From the NCBI RefSeq assembly GCF_001194135.2, contig NC_068987.1:95902121-95966120 (forward strand): 64,000 nucleotides of DNA, read 5' to 3'. Numbering within the stretch: the first letter of the stretch is position 1; every line of letters begins with the position of its first letter. Below are positions 1 through 12,572 of this stretch, one piece after another. Below the pieces are notes generated by a model that was not told the DNA's origin, made no database searches, and saw only the letters and a program-made list of their open reading frames with translations. A program made the position numbers and the translations under genes. This stretch comes from Octopus bimaculoides. Lineage: Eukaryota.

Positions 1-336
1 TGCCACTTAAGTGTGGCTGACCACTAGGGGTGGATGTTACTGTTGCTTTTAGCCCCAGGAGGACATCTCCTCCAGCTGGCTTATCGACACACTACTGTGT
101 CCTGTTTGCCAAGGGAAGTTATCCCTCCCATCATGATCTGTAGCACGAACGGACCCAGGTTTCAGGGTTATTTCCCTTCGTCGGCGTTCGATAGCCACTG
201 ATCTTTGATGAGAGAGATAAAATCTTGGCAATCTTACATCTACTTTTCCAGTGAAATTCTTCACTGATATCGAAAAGGTGAAAACAAGCAATGTTAATTC
301 TCTAAATGAAGTATTAACAGTAACTGCACGATAAAG

Positions 337-1065
337 TGTAGTATATTGCCACTTAAGTGTAATGGGAGAAATTGATTAGTAAACAATATTATGAAATGTC
401 GGAGTCAGCTGTTGTGACTGATAAGAATTTGTTGTTATAACGCCATGTTATAGGATAGAGTTTTAGAAAGTATTTATTTACCATTACATTACAATACCTT
501 GCCTCGATGGGCAGGTTATGATAGATCCAAAAGCATGCAAAGTAAAGTTTGTGTTTGTGTCCTCTTCACTGTTTAGTAGTAATTACTGAGAGAGATAGAA
601 TGACAGAACAGAATTAGAGCTAGTGAGAGTTGTAGGGTGTGGGACGTTGTTTCACAGCTGCTGACAGTAAACTTCCTTTCTCCCTCTGGCCAAGGTTCTA
701 GCTGGTCAGTCACTATGTGACTGAATTCGTTGAGTTATCACCGACTGGTGACTAACTGACTTTTGCTTGCAGGGGGAGGGGGTTCTTGCTTTTATAAATA
801 TCTAGAAGGATAGACATATCATTGAGAACAATAGATTTAGTTGGTGGTCTTGTTATCTCTATTCTAGTTTTTGGTGAAGTAGAAGAGGTTAGAAAGGGTC
901 AAGTGGTGAAGACATTATTTTGGCCTAGCTAAAGGCATCTGGAAAATGTAAAACTGCTGTCAGAGAAAAACCATTGTTCCACCGTGGGAAAAGTTCTGTT
1001 GCAGTGTTAATTTAAATTTGGTTATGGTGGATCGAATCTACTTCTTGCATGCAAGATCCACTACA
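337..1065. mobile_element. Candidate solo LTR (729 bp)
   Basis: Begins TGTAGT and ends ACTACA (perfect 6-bp inverted ends). Flanks TAAAG/TAAAT match 4 of 5 as a TSD. No ORF. Confidence 0.5.
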
Positions 1066-1884
1066 TAAATATTAAAATAAATAGAGAAATATAATTGACA
1101 TATTAAAAATTTATTTACGTAATTGTACTATAAAAAGATATGATATAATATAATATAAAGTGTGTGTGTGGGGGGGAAGTTGATAAGGAACACATGGGTT
1201 GATATATATATATGGGAAAAAAGTCAAGGTAGGAAATGCTAAAATAATTTTATAAAAAACATTTCAGTACTGGTTTCATTCAGTCATTGAGTTTTTTTCA
1301 TCTGTAAGTATGGGAAACAATTAAATTTTGGAGACATTAGTATACTATGCAAATATTCTTTTAAAAACTTTTCCTTTAATTTTCCCAAAATTTTATTGTT
1401 TTCCATACTTACAGTTGAAAAAATCTCAATGACTGAAATGTTTTTATACAATTATTTTAGCATTTTCTACCTTGACCTTTTTTCCCATATATATATATAT
1501 CATCATCATCATCATCNNNNNNNNNNNNNNNNNNNNNNNNNNNNNNNNNNNNNNNNNNNNNNNNNNNNNNNNNNNNNNNNNNNNNNNNNNNNNNNNNNNN
1601 NNNNNNNNNNNNNNNNNNNNNNNNNNNNNNNNNNNNNNNNNNNNNNNNNNNNNNNNNNNNNNNNNNNNNNNNNNNNNNNNNNNNNNNNNNNNNNNNNNNN
1701 NNNNNNNNNNNNNNNNNNNNNNNNNNNNNNNNNNNNNNNNNNNNNNNNNNNNNNNNNNNNNNNNNNNNNNNNNNNNNNNNNNNNNNNNNNNNNNNNNNNN
1801 NNNNNNNNNNNNNNNNNNNNNNNNNNNNNNNNNNNNNNNNNNNNNNNNNNNNNNNNNNNNNNNNNNNNNNNNNNNNNNNNNNNN

Positions 1885-1923
<39 letters not shown>

Positions 1924-2313
1924 TACATACATACATACATAATGAACCTCAAAATTGAAGAGCATGTTTATATGTTTATTTGGGAATATATATATATATA
2001 TACAATGGGCTGCCACACAAATTTCACTCACAAGGTATGGTCAAGCTGAAGTTATATTAGAAAATACATGCCCAAGATGCTGCTGCTTGGTTAGATACCA
2101 AACCAGAAACCACATGGGCCAATTTGAGAGTACAACATGTATCCCCAAATGACAAACCTTAATTAGGTAGAGCATTGTATATCTGGAACACTTAATCTGC
2201 AGTCAATAATTAGCTGTTCAGTAGATTACTTGCAAGCAAGAATAACAATAATATAGATGCCAGTCATATTAAAATGATATCTATCTTTAACCACTTATGT
2301 ATCTCTCTCTCTA

Positions 2314-2357
<44 letters not shown>

Positions 2358-2600
2358 ACATTGTGTGATCATTTTCAGTGTTCAAAATGTCCAGAACACT
2401 TAGATATCCTTTAGCAAAACAAAGTTCTGTATCAAATTCCTTATTTCACACTCAAACCAGAATAAAGGCTGCAGTATCACTGATGGAAAACCCTGCTTCC
2501 CTCCACAATACACCATTTTACTTGCTGGAATCAATAAATAAAAGCATAAAAATCCAAGGCAAAAGAAAATGTTAACTGTGCAGTGAAAAGGTAAACTTAC

Positions 2601-2698
2601 AACCAGGTTACTTCGAAGACTAAAGTGTAGAGAATGGTGAAGAAGAAATCAATTACCACTAAACGGTAGATTTCTTGGCTGATGAAGGTTTCCCAGCA
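2601..2698 (-). CDS. Tmc: TMC exon starting the TMC domain (CWETFISQEIYRLVVIDFFFTILYTLVFEVTW)
   Basis: Signature CWET...QE.YRL...DF motif. 98 nt, phase 0/2, GTAAGT donor at 2600. No downstream exon was found in the window. Confidence 0.96.
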
Positions 2699-3146
2699 CT
2701 GAAAGAGAAGAATAAAGATATCAAACTGATGATGATGACAATGAGGATAAAGATGATGATGGTGATGATGATGATGATAATAGTGGGGGTGATACTGACA
2801 ATAACAAGAAAAATGAAGATGACAATATGAATGAGGACGATGAGCAGGTGAGTGACAATGAAGAGGATGAAAGTTATGATGTTGTTCTCATTGCTTTTGT
2901 TGTCATAATTTTCGTTGTTATAGTTGTTGTTATCAATGTTGGCAGCATCATCATCATCGTCAACATCATTCTCAGTGTTTTTGATAATGATAGTAACAAT
3001 GAGAGGCGATAACAATGATGGTGACAATAGTGATGATGTTAGAATATGCAACAGCAATAGTGACATGACGACACTGATGATGATGAGAACAATTGTGGAT
3101 GAATAATCATGAATGCTTGTGTGTGTGAATGTGTACATGAGAGCAG

Positions 3147-3457
3147 GCAAGCTAATCTGATGAATGCAAGCTAATCTGATGAATGCAAGCTAATCTGATG
3201 AATGCAAGTTAATCTGATGAATGCAAGCTAATCTGATGAATGCAAGCTAATCTGATGAATGCAAGCTAATCTGATGATATGTATACATGGTAGTTGATGN
3301 NNNNNNNNNCAAGCTAATCTGATGAATGCAAGCTAATCTGATGAATGCAAGCTAATCTGATGAATGCAAGTTAATCTGATGAATGCAAGTTAATCTGATG
3401 AATGCAAGCTAATCTGATGAATGCAAGCTAATCTGATGAATGCAAGCTAATCTGATG
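3147..3457 (+). repeat. 19-bp minisatellite (GCAAGCTAATCTGATGAAT)n, split by a 10-N gap
   Basis: About 15 visible near-identical units. The sequence either side of the gap looks duplicated. Confidence 0.9.
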
Positions 3458-3599
3458 ATATGTATACATGGTAGTTGATGTCTGTACATGCTTGTGCAAT
3501 GTATATACACTAGTGTGATGTATACATGCAATTGTGGTGTATGTGAATGTTAGCCTGATGAATGTGAATGCCTTAGTGATGTATGTGATGCATGCGATT

Positions 3600-3900
3600 G
3601 TTTGAATGATGCATGAGAATACTTGAGCAATGCATGCGAATGCTTGAGTGACATGAGAATGCTTGAGGGACGCATGTGAATGCTTGAGTAATGCCTGTGA
3701 ATACTTGAGCAATGCCTGCAAATGCTTGAGTAATGCCTGCAAATGCTTGAGTAATGCCTGCGAATGCTTGAATGATGCATGCAAATGCTTGAGTGTGCAT
3801 GCAAATGCTTGATTGATGCATGTGAATGCTTGAGTGATGCATGTGATGCCTGCAAATGCTTGAGTGACGCATGTGAATACTTGTGTGATGTATGCAAATG
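3600..3900 (+). repeat. Degenerate ~21-bp tandem repeat (ATGCTTGAGTAATGCCTGCAA-like)
   Basis: Recurrent atgcttgagt units. These produce the repetitive KHLQALL-type spurious ORFs. Confidence 0.75.
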
Positions 3901-4000
3901 CTAGTGTAAAGTATTCATGTTAATATGATACATACTGTGAATGCTAGTGTGATGTATACATGGTAGTGTGAATTGTATTAATTTATATTCATTGTCTCAC

Positions 4001-4082
4001 CTGTGTACTCTCATTCATTATTACTTTCCTTGACCAGTATAAACAGAGCATTGCCATATTAACGATTGATAATAACATTGTT
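4001..4082 (-). CDS. Tmc: TMC exon (TMLLSIVNMAMLCLYWSRKVIMNESTQ)
   Basis: 82 nt, phase 2/0, cattttag acceptor and GTGAGA donor. It exactly bridges the phases of the 5861 and 2698 exons. Confidence 0.88.
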
Positions 4083-4236
4083 CTAAAATGATAGAGAACA
4101 AAAAGAAGAAAAAATACATAAATGAGATAAAAGGAAATAAAAATTAAATAAATACAATTAATTTTATTATTTCAAATGATAATTTGTTGGAAATATTGAA
4201 AACAATAATGTTCACTATATGAATCTGTATTCGTTC

Positions 4237-4279
<43 letters not shown>

Positions 4280-4289
4280 NNNNNNNNNN

Positions 4290-4333
<44 letters not shown>

Positions 4334-4595
4334 AGTGATATATGATAGATACAATGATTTCTACCCTTAAAAATGGGTAACAGATTTGAAGGAAGGATAT
4401 AACCGATTAAAATGTTTCCAGTACTTGACTGGTACTTCATTTTATCTGTCTTAGAAAGAAAGAACAATTAATTTGATTCCAACAGAATTCAACTTTACAC
4501 AAAGGGACAAAGTGGTGAGACTAAATGCTGAAAGGTATTTTATCTAATACTCTAATGGTTCTGCCTATCCACCATCTTTAATGATGATGGTGAAT

Positions 4596-4626
<31 letters not shown>

Positions 4627-5012
4627 TACTTTCTGCTAAAGGCACAAGGCCTGAAATTTGTGGAGAGGGACTAGTCAATGACATGGACCCCAGTGTTTCA
4701 CTGGTACTTAATTTATTGACCCCAAGAGGATGAAAGGCAAAGTCGATCTTGGTGGAATTTGAACTCAGAACATGCAGGCAAACAAAATGCTGCTAAGCAT
4801 TTTGCCCAGCATACCAGAAAACAAAGTCTATGGTCAGGCATAATTTTTTTTCCTTGTCTACCAGTATAATATTTGGGTTTCAATGTTCGATTCCATGAAC
4901 ACAATGAATCGTGAACTCCATCATTTCTACCACACTTTTTGGCACATATTCATACCATCTTCTTACCTTTGCCAATCCAACATGAATACCATCTGATAAG
5001 GGTACACCAGGC

Positions 5013-5059
5013 TCATCATCATCATCATCATCATCACCATCACCACCATCACCACCACC

Positions 5060-5106
<47 letters not shown>

Positions 5107-5122
5107 TATTATTATTATTATC
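5013..5122 (+). repeat. Compound (CAT)n(CAC)n(TAT)n microsatellite
   Basis: Directly visible. Confidence 0.95.
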
Positions 5123-5860
5123 ATTTGAGGATGCATGGCCCTGTGGTTAGTGTGTTGTACTCATGATTGTGAGATCATGATTTCAATTTCTAGACCGGGT
5201 GGTGCATTGCATTCTTGAGCAAATCACCTTATGTGTTGCTCTGTGATCACTTCGGCACCTGACACATGGTACATCATGTACCTATTCAGGCAACATCTAT
5301 TTGATGGAGGGAGTGAGCTAATGCACAGCACATAATACATTTGATCACTATAAACAATCATTTGTACGGGTCGTTCGGCAATAGCTGAACACTCATATGT
5401 TGTCTTCACAGCAAAGTCCACCATTCTTATCATTATTCAGTCTGTTTCTGAATCCAGTAGAATTTACTTGACTCAATTTCAATCAGTCACTAGACTCAGT
5501 GATAAGGTTTCAATCTGTTATATTGCTCTAATTCAGTTCTGACCAGGTATCAAACTGAGCTTGGTGATTTTTGCAATTGTATTTGTATTTTGTTAATTTG
5601 TACAAATAATAGTTCTAATTTGCATACTACTTTGTGTTGCACGTGGATTTCTGGGTTCTGCTTTAAGCAGTGTGTATTCTTGAGAATATATTGCTCACAT
5701 ATTTGCTCCATTTTTGGTTAGTTAGCATTCGAGTAAATTGATAATTCTGTATTAAAACATAACAGAATCCAATACAAAATCACCATAAAGTGGGACAACT
5801 AGAACAACAAAAACAAAACAAAAAAAAACAGAACTGAGGAAGAAAATTAATTTCTCTTAC

Positions 5861-6003
5861 CTCACCATTGTCACATATAAGTTGGTCTGTGGGAGTTCAT
5901 AGGACTCTAAGTAGGTTATAGCCGTAAAAATTAAAGGTAAAAGAAGGTTTGAGGCTGACATCAATATAGGCACGCCAAAATCCTGCAGGAACTCATTTGA
6001 AGT
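5861..6003 (-). CDS. Tmc: TMC exon (TSNEFLQDFGVPILMSASNLLLPLIFTAITYLESYELPQTNLYVTMV)
   Basis: TMC pattern P......NL.LP..F..I..LE.Y..P.T.LY.T..R. 143 nt, phase 0/2. Confidence 0.93.
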
Positions 6004-6106
6004 CTGGACAAGTTAAAATAGATAAACTGATAGATGAATAGCAATAGAAAATGCAAGGAATAAAAACAGAATGAAATTTAAAAAGAATTATCAAGATGAA
6101 GGTTAA

Positions 6107-6320
6107 CCCTTTAGCACTCTGATTATTCAGTTGAATGTAATTAATTCACGTTGCTTTGAATTGATCATGCATAGTCTCATAGTTTCAAGATTTCAACAAC
6201 GTGATTGTTTATTTTCAGAATGACATTGCCAGGTAGGTGTGAAAGGTAGAATCTGACCAGTTTCAATATAAATCAAGCAGAATATTTGGGCTGGATATGG
6301 CTGGTTTAAATATTAATGGG
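6107..6320. mobile_element. piggyBac-type MITE (~215 bp, TTAA|CCCTTTAGCA...GGG|TTAA)
   Basis: TTAA on both sides and CCC/GGG ends. Further copies at ~30660-30816 (partial), 37766-37983, 43671-43890, 56973-57178 and 59019-59238. Confidence 0.75.
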
Positions 6321-6783
6321 TTAAGCAGAGAATTAAGGAATAATAAGATGGTGCTGATTGTTTAGCCTTGATCCAGCAGACTTATGGTCAAAGGTACTCC
6401 AGTGTTGACTATCATTTATCCAGTGTTCCTAGGACTATATTACCCAGTGTGTCCTCCAACTTTTTTTGACAAAAAAATAAAAATAAAAAGGAAAAGAAAT
6501 GGTAGGATGTGACTTGAGAAAGATTTAATTGCTATTTCTAGCAGGTTGGTGTCCCTGAAGAGGTAGTAGTTACTATGAGGAGGTGGGAGAGGCTACAGTG
6601 TTTTTTGTTTTTCTTTTATCCTTCCTAGACTAGAATAAAAGGATAAAGTTAACTGGGTGAAATATGTTAAATAATAACGAATGTGTTATTGTTAGACTAT
6701 AAAACAAGCAGAAAATGAAGAGGAGTTGCAATGAAGTGAAAGTTCATATTGTAAGATGTAAGTTTGTAAAACTGACAACTTAC

Positions 6784-6942
6784 TTCATCTTTTAGATTTG
6801 TAGAGAGATAATAGACAGCATATCCACAGGCACTGATCAAGCACAAAACTAGAATATGACTTAACAGCCGTAAAAAGAAAATTCTCGCTTTACTATCAAA
6901 ATTCATCTCTTTCTTGGAATCTTTGAACTCAGAGAGATATTC
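6784..6942 (-). CDS. Tmc: TMC exon (EYLSEFKDSKKEMNFDSKARIFFLRLLSHILVLCLISACGYAVYYLSTNLKDE)
   Basis: 159 nt, phase 0/0, ctttgcag acceptor and GTAAGT donor. Encodes a hydrophobic helix preceded by F.LR, as in TMC TM3. Confidence 0.92.
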
Positions 6943-8770
6943 CTGCAAAGTAGAAAAAATTTCAGTGAATTATCTTTTCTCAAAATTTGATTCTTTCTGG
7001 TTCATTCAAGAACTTTCAATGATCCTGTCTTGAATTTTTATTGGTCCATTGTAATTCATTCATTTATTAGATGAAGAATCAATATTATAGTTAAACGTTA
7101 GTGTAGGCCCACACATCATCATCATCATTGTTTAATATTCGTTTTCCTTGCTGGCATGGGTTGGAGGGTTTGACTGAGGTCTGGAGAGCCAGCAGTTGCA
7201 CCAGGCTCCAATCTGGTCTGGCAATGTTTCTACAGCTGGATGCTCTTCCTAATGCCAATGACTTCGAGAATGTAGTGGGTGCTTTTTACGTGCCACCAGC
7301 ACAGGAGCTGGTCAGACAGCCTGGCATTGATCATGTTTGAATAGTGCTTTTTACATGCCACCAGCACGAGAGCCAGTCAGGCAGCCCTGGCATCAATCAC
7401 GTTTGGATAGCACTTTTTACATGCCACCGGCAGGGGAGCCAGTCAGTGGGCACTGGCATTGGCCACATTCGGATGGTGCTTTTTACATACTACTGGCATG
7501 AGAGTCAGTCTGGCGGTCCTGGTATCGATCATGTTTGTATGTGTAAACAAATTTTTTCTAGTATTATAAGTCAACATGCAAGTGCCTCAAATCACAGTGT
7601 TACAGTGAAGGTCATGATGTATCTGTATTGAACTACAGTAAATGCTAAGAGTATGTAACTCTTGGTGAATTAGGGCTTGCCTTCTTGTGCATGTGAAGAG
7701 GCTGGGAAATGTAGCAATTTGCTGTACTTGAGAACACATATCAAGCAAAGTAAAACTGCTGTCTTCCACACATATAGGCTTGTCCTTCAAGTGCTGGTGC
7801 CACTTAGAAAGCACCCGTGCTGATGCTGTGTTAAGGCACCTGTGCTAGTGCTATGTAAAGGATATCCAGTCATAGAAACCATGCCACAACAGACAGTTCA
7901 AGTCTGGACAGCTCCCTGCTAGCCAGCTCCATGTCAAACCATCCAACCCATGGCAGCATGGAATGAGAACGTTAAACAATGATGATGATGATGATGATGA
8001 TATATATGCATTCACATATACACACACACCACACATATATATATAGATATATTGTCTGTAAAAAACATAAATCTGAAAGAAGAAGCACACTCTAAGATGT
8101 AGAGCAATATGTATTAAAATGGCGAAGGCCGGTTTATGGGATTACCTTAGGTTTCCTGTCCATAAAGGGTTTAGCTTTATGCCACATCATAGGATCCCAA
8201 AAACCTGTTGGCCCATGACCTCTTAAAAATATGGAAGGGGATGACTTCTGACAGTTTCTGTCTACCAAATTCACTCACAAGGCTTTGCTTGTCTCAAGGC
8301 TATAAGTAGAAAACACTTGCCCAAAGTGTCACACAGTGGGGCTGAACCCAGAATCATGTGGTTGGGAAGGGAACTTCTTAACCACACAGCCACACCTGGA
8401 CAGTGTTGTGTGTAAATATCATGAAGTGTGTATGCATGTACTTCAGTTGAATATCCATAAGTACAGTTGAATATCCATAAGCATAAATTCTATGCCTATG
8501 TACATCATATACATGCACCTCTATATACGTCATATACATGCACCTCTATATACATCATACACACAAGTACAATTTATAATCATATAGACACACACATGAA
8601 AATTATGTACACACACATAAACACCCAATCAGAGATACACCTGCACATGAGTATTCAGACACACTGCACAGATTGATATGTTCACACACTCACATGTGTG
8701 CGTATACATGTACAGGTATGCATGTACATGTTCATTCAATAATGCATATATACAGGTAGACCAGACTTAC

Positions 8771-8921
8771 CTTGATTTCATTATGGATGCTCCTGTGCCG
8801 CAGGGCTGCAGCATCCCTTGATATCACACTATAGTCCCATATAGTGAAGATCTTTGTAACAAAGTAAAAATTGTCTTCAGTGGTTGCTTCAATATAGTTC
8901 TCCTTGTATGACCGAGCAATA
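8771..8921 (-). CDS. Tmc: TMC exon (IARSYKENYIEATTEDNFYFVTKIFTIWDYSVISRDAAALRHRSIHNEIK)
   Basis: TMC motif K.F..WDY......A.L.H.SI.NE.K. 151 nt, phase 2/0, GTAAGT donor. Confidence 0.95.
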
Positions 8922-9044
8922 CTAAGAATAATAACAACACCAATATCAATAGTAACTTGATATAAACATTAGCAATGACAGTTAATAAAAACAATTATAT
9001 GGCTGTGTGGTAAGTAGCTTGCTTACCAACCAAAGTCAGGCAGA

Positions 9045-9240
9045 GCAGCCACTGAAATCAAGAACTTATATGCTGGAGCATTGTTCTGATGAAACTAGAT
9101 CTCTTTCATTAGTTTTCCTAGGTTTTTGGTCTTGATAGCCTTTTCTAACTGCCTCAGCAAGTTGGCAGGTACTCACCATTGATGGTGTGGCTCTTTTGAA
9201 AAATCTGAGATCATCACCTTCCCTGTAGAAGAAAGGAAGG
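9045..9240 (-). mobile_element. Mariner transposase fragment, same family as 60389-61848
   Basis: Shares catcaatg...aaaagctatcaagacc...tttcatcag..aatgctccagcac/tataag with 61200-61330. Confidence 0.7.
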
Positions 9241-10035
9241 CGATGTGGGAAGGTAACACAAAGCATTCTGTTCTGTGCTCTTCTATACCAAAGAAGAATG
9301 GCCTTAAGTGGCTACTGAACCTGCTAAAAATAGCAGTTAAATCTCTTTCAAATCACACCATCTTAAACTAGGCAGGATGCATTGGTTAACATAGCCCTTA
9401 ATATATTATATCTAAAAATAAAACTGGATGGTTATGGCTGGAATACCCTTAATTATATATCAGCTAAATTAGGGCTGAGCTACAACTAAATGTAATAGCA
9501 GTGGTGGTGGTGGTGATGGTGGTGGTGAAGGCTAAATACTCAGGTGGAGAGGTTAGTGATAAAATTGATCTCAGTTCTTCACTGGTACTTTGCCTTTCAT
9601 CTTCACAGGATCATTAAAGTAAAGATGATCCAGGCAAGATTTGAACATAAAAAGCAAAGAACCAGAACAAACAATGATCTCTTTTATCTTTAATTAATAA
9701 TAACGGTTTTTGTGTGTTTTTAAATGGCTTATCCACACTGCAATTGTTTTCATTGCAGCACAGATTTCAGATCAGGTCACTTGCTATGCATGTACATCTC
9801 CGTAATATTAATAATTTCTAATGATTTGAGAGGAAAAAATAAAGGTAGAAAATAATGTAGACAAAGATAACAGACACAGAAAGGGGAAAAGTAAGAGACA
9901 AAGAAAGAGATACATAAATAAAGAGAGGCATGCATACACAGAGAAAGAGAGAAACACATATACACACTATATGAAAGGTAAAATATACACTTGACAGAGA
10001 ATACACAGAAAATAAAATCATATAAGATTTGTCAC

Positions 10036-10181
10036 CTGTAAAACATTGCGCATAAGATTAATAAATAATTCAAGATGGCGCTGTAGAAGTAGGCATACGG
10101 CATCAAGTATTGTGTGTCAGTAATGAGAATAGTCTCATTAGTGTAAAAACCATAGAACAACTCTGTATTTGCCATCCAGCC
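10036..10181 (-). CDS. Tmc: TMC exon (GWMANTELFYGFYTNET...YLMPYAYFYSAILNYLLILCAMFY)
   Basis: TMC motif G.M..T.LFYG.Y and Y.MP.AY. 146 nt, phase 0/2, AG/GT boundaries. Confidence 0.95.
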
Positions 10182-10250
10182 CTGTGTAATAGAAACATAG
10201 ACAGAAAGTGAGGGAGAGAATTTGAGAGAGAAGGATATAAAATAAAGAAG

Positions 10251-10287
<37 letters not shown>

Positions 10288-10955
10288 ATAATAATATTAG
10301 GGACAAAATCCAAAATTGCAGGTAAAAACTGCACAAGACCCTGTAAAAATCAATTTATAAAAAATTAAAATTAAATTNNNNNNNNNNNNNNNNNNNNNNN
10401 NNNNNNNNNNNNNNNNNNNNNNNNNNNNNNNNNNNNNNNNNNNNNNNNNNNNNNNNNNNNNNNNNNNNNNNNNNNNNNNNNNNNNNNNNNNNNNNNNNNN
10501 NNNNNNNNNNNNNNNNNNNNNNNNNNNNATATATATATATATATATATATACATATATGTATATATATATACACACACACATGTACGTACGTATGTATGT
10601 ATGTGTTTCTCACATTCGTAAAGCTATTATTTAGTATCAAAATTGACAGTAATTGTTGTCAGGTCATTTAGCTCAATGGTTTAGAGCACTCAGCCAATAT
10701 CTAAGGAGTACAGTTCCACTCCCCGTAGCTGCCTGCTGATGTACATGTATATATACATGTGTGTGTGTGTGCATGCATATGTATCATTATCATCTGGGTT
10801 GCACAGTTTGACAGGAGCCAGCCAGGTAGACAACTATCCCAGGCTACTGTGTCTGTTTTGGTATGGTTTTTATGGTTGGATGCCTTTCTTAACACCAGAT
10901 TTGCAGTTGTTTTTAAAATACTGGGTTCCAATTTTCTATATGTATATATATATAT

Positions 10956-11163
10956 ATATTCTGTTGTGTCTGGGGAGAGTCATGTTCTTATTGTGCCTTA
11001 AAATTTAACACACTCACTGGTAAAATTTCCACTTATTTCCTATTTCTATTTTGTTAAAATTTTAGCAAAATAAAAATAAGAAATAAGTGGAAATTTTAAC
11101 GGTGAGTGTGTTAAATTTTAAGGCACAATAAGAAAATGACTCTCCCCAGACACAACAGAATAT
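10956..11163. mobile_element. 208-bp near-perfect hairpin MITE inserted next to (TA)n
   Basis: 84-bp arms (10956-11039 vs 11080-11163) with few mismatches, plus pairing within the central 40 nt. Confidence 0.85.
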
Positions 11164-11219
11164 GCTTCAACACACGAAATCACATAAAAAATCTTGCAAA
11201 CCAAATCCCAAAACGAAAA

Positions 11220-11254
<35 letters not shown>

Positions 11255-11261
11255 TATATAT

Positions 11262-12375
11262 TGGGCAAAGTTCAGAGAGCTTGGGCAAAATTCAAATAGC
11301 CTGGGCAAAGTTCAGAGAGCTCTTACTTCTGCTGGTGACAAAAGGCCTCTCGCTCAGAGTAAAAGACAGATTGTATGATGCATGTGTACGAACAGCCAGG
11401 CTACATGGCAATGAAACATGGGCCGTGACTGCTGAGGACATGCATAAGCTCACAAGGAATGAAGCCAGTATGCGCCAATGGATGTGTAATGTCTGTGCAT
11501 ACTCAACAGAGTGTAAGTACCTTGAGAGAAAAGCTGGACCTAAGAAGCATCAGTTGTGGTGTGCAAGAGAGACGATTGCGCTGGTATGGTCATTTGGCGA
11601 GAATGGATGAAGATAGCTGTGTGAAAAAGTGCCACAGCCATGCGGTTGAGGGTACCTGTGGAAGAGGTAGACCCAGGAAGACCTGGGATGAGGTGGTGAA
11701 GCATGACCTTCGAAAATTAGACCTCACCAAGGCAATGACTAGTGACCGAGATCTTTGGAAATATGCTGTGCATGAGAAGACCCGGCAAGCCAAGTGATAC
11801 CATAACCCGTGGCCTTTACCAGGGGTGTAGCCAGCCTACTTATGCATACCTTTCCTTCTTTGGACACAAGACCCTGTAAAAACAGCTGCCCCAACTCATC
11901 TCATTCCAAGCCAACACACCTGTCTAACCTTATCTCATAACCCCTGCCCAACACACACACAAATTTCTGCCCTTACATCTTTTTCCAGGACATCAACTTT
12001 TGAAGACCTGAAACTGAACCAAATTCGAAGACTGGCACCTGTGCCAGTGGAGCACTAACAGCACCATCCGAGCGAGATCGCTGCTCTGGCAGCAATCTCA
12101 CTTCCATGCCAGTGGCATGTAAAAAGCACCATTTGAGCGTGATCATTTCCAGCTTCACCTTACTGGCACACATGCCGGTGGCATATGAACAAAACATTGG
12201 ACTGACTCCTGTGCAGGTGGCACATAAAAAAACACCATTTGAGCGTGGCCGTGGCCAGTACCGCTGGACTGGACCTCGTGCTGGTGGCACATAAAAAGCA
12301 CCCACTACACTCTCAGAGTGGTTGGCATTCCAGCAGTAGAAACTCTGCCAGATCAGATTGGAGTCTGGTGTAACC
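11262..12375 (+). mobile_element. 5'-truncated RTE-clade LINE (RT C-terminus plus 3'UTR with tandem subrepeats)
   Basis: WAKFRELL..LVTKGLSLRVK.RLYDACVRT..LHG.ETW and RRLRWYGH..RM...GRGRPRKTW motifs, with frameshifts. Confidence 0.88.
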
Positions 12376-12572
12376 ATTATTGTTGGTTGATATATACATT
12401 CTTTTATTATTATTATTGTTGTATTTTGACCTAAAGATTAGCTATATTTTTGAATAGAATTGATTTTCGATATTTTTAATTGATTTTAATCGATTTAAAT
12501 TTTCTTTCTATTTGAAAATTGGTTATGAAACACGTCTAGTCATTTTATTATCTTTATCTTATGATATTTACT

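Noticed and set aside
1-360. 14-bp direct repeat TGCCACTTAAGTGT at 1 and 347
   Set aside because: The sequences diverge immediately afterwards and the first copy is cut by the window edge, so it cannot be interpreted.
1396-2049. Long ORFs spanning N gaps (also 12512-13319 and 54972-55861)
   Set aside because: They are open only because of Ns and (AT)n repeats. Only 13256-13444 is real coding sequence.
2659-3150. Hydrophobic 163-aa ORF and its Asp/Asn-rich antisense reading
   Set aside because: Decayed (GAT/AAT)n triplet repeat in a TMC intron. The real exon starts at 2698.
3147-3457. Regular short repeats as a possible CRISPR array
   Set aside because: The units are contiguous with no spacers, there are no cas genes, and the context is eukaryotic.
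3277-3480. Direct duplication around the 10-N gap (also 53215-53334)
   Set aside because: Identical sequence either side of a 10-N spacer is typical of unmerged contig overlap.
4939-5166. Poly-His ORF
   Set aside because: Translation of a (CAT/CAC)n microsatellite running into a SINE.
5224-5433. ORF starting MIRMVDFAV, resembling the TMC RL...DF motif
   Set aside because: It overlaps a SINE, has no usable splice phase, and the true motif is in exon 2601-2698.
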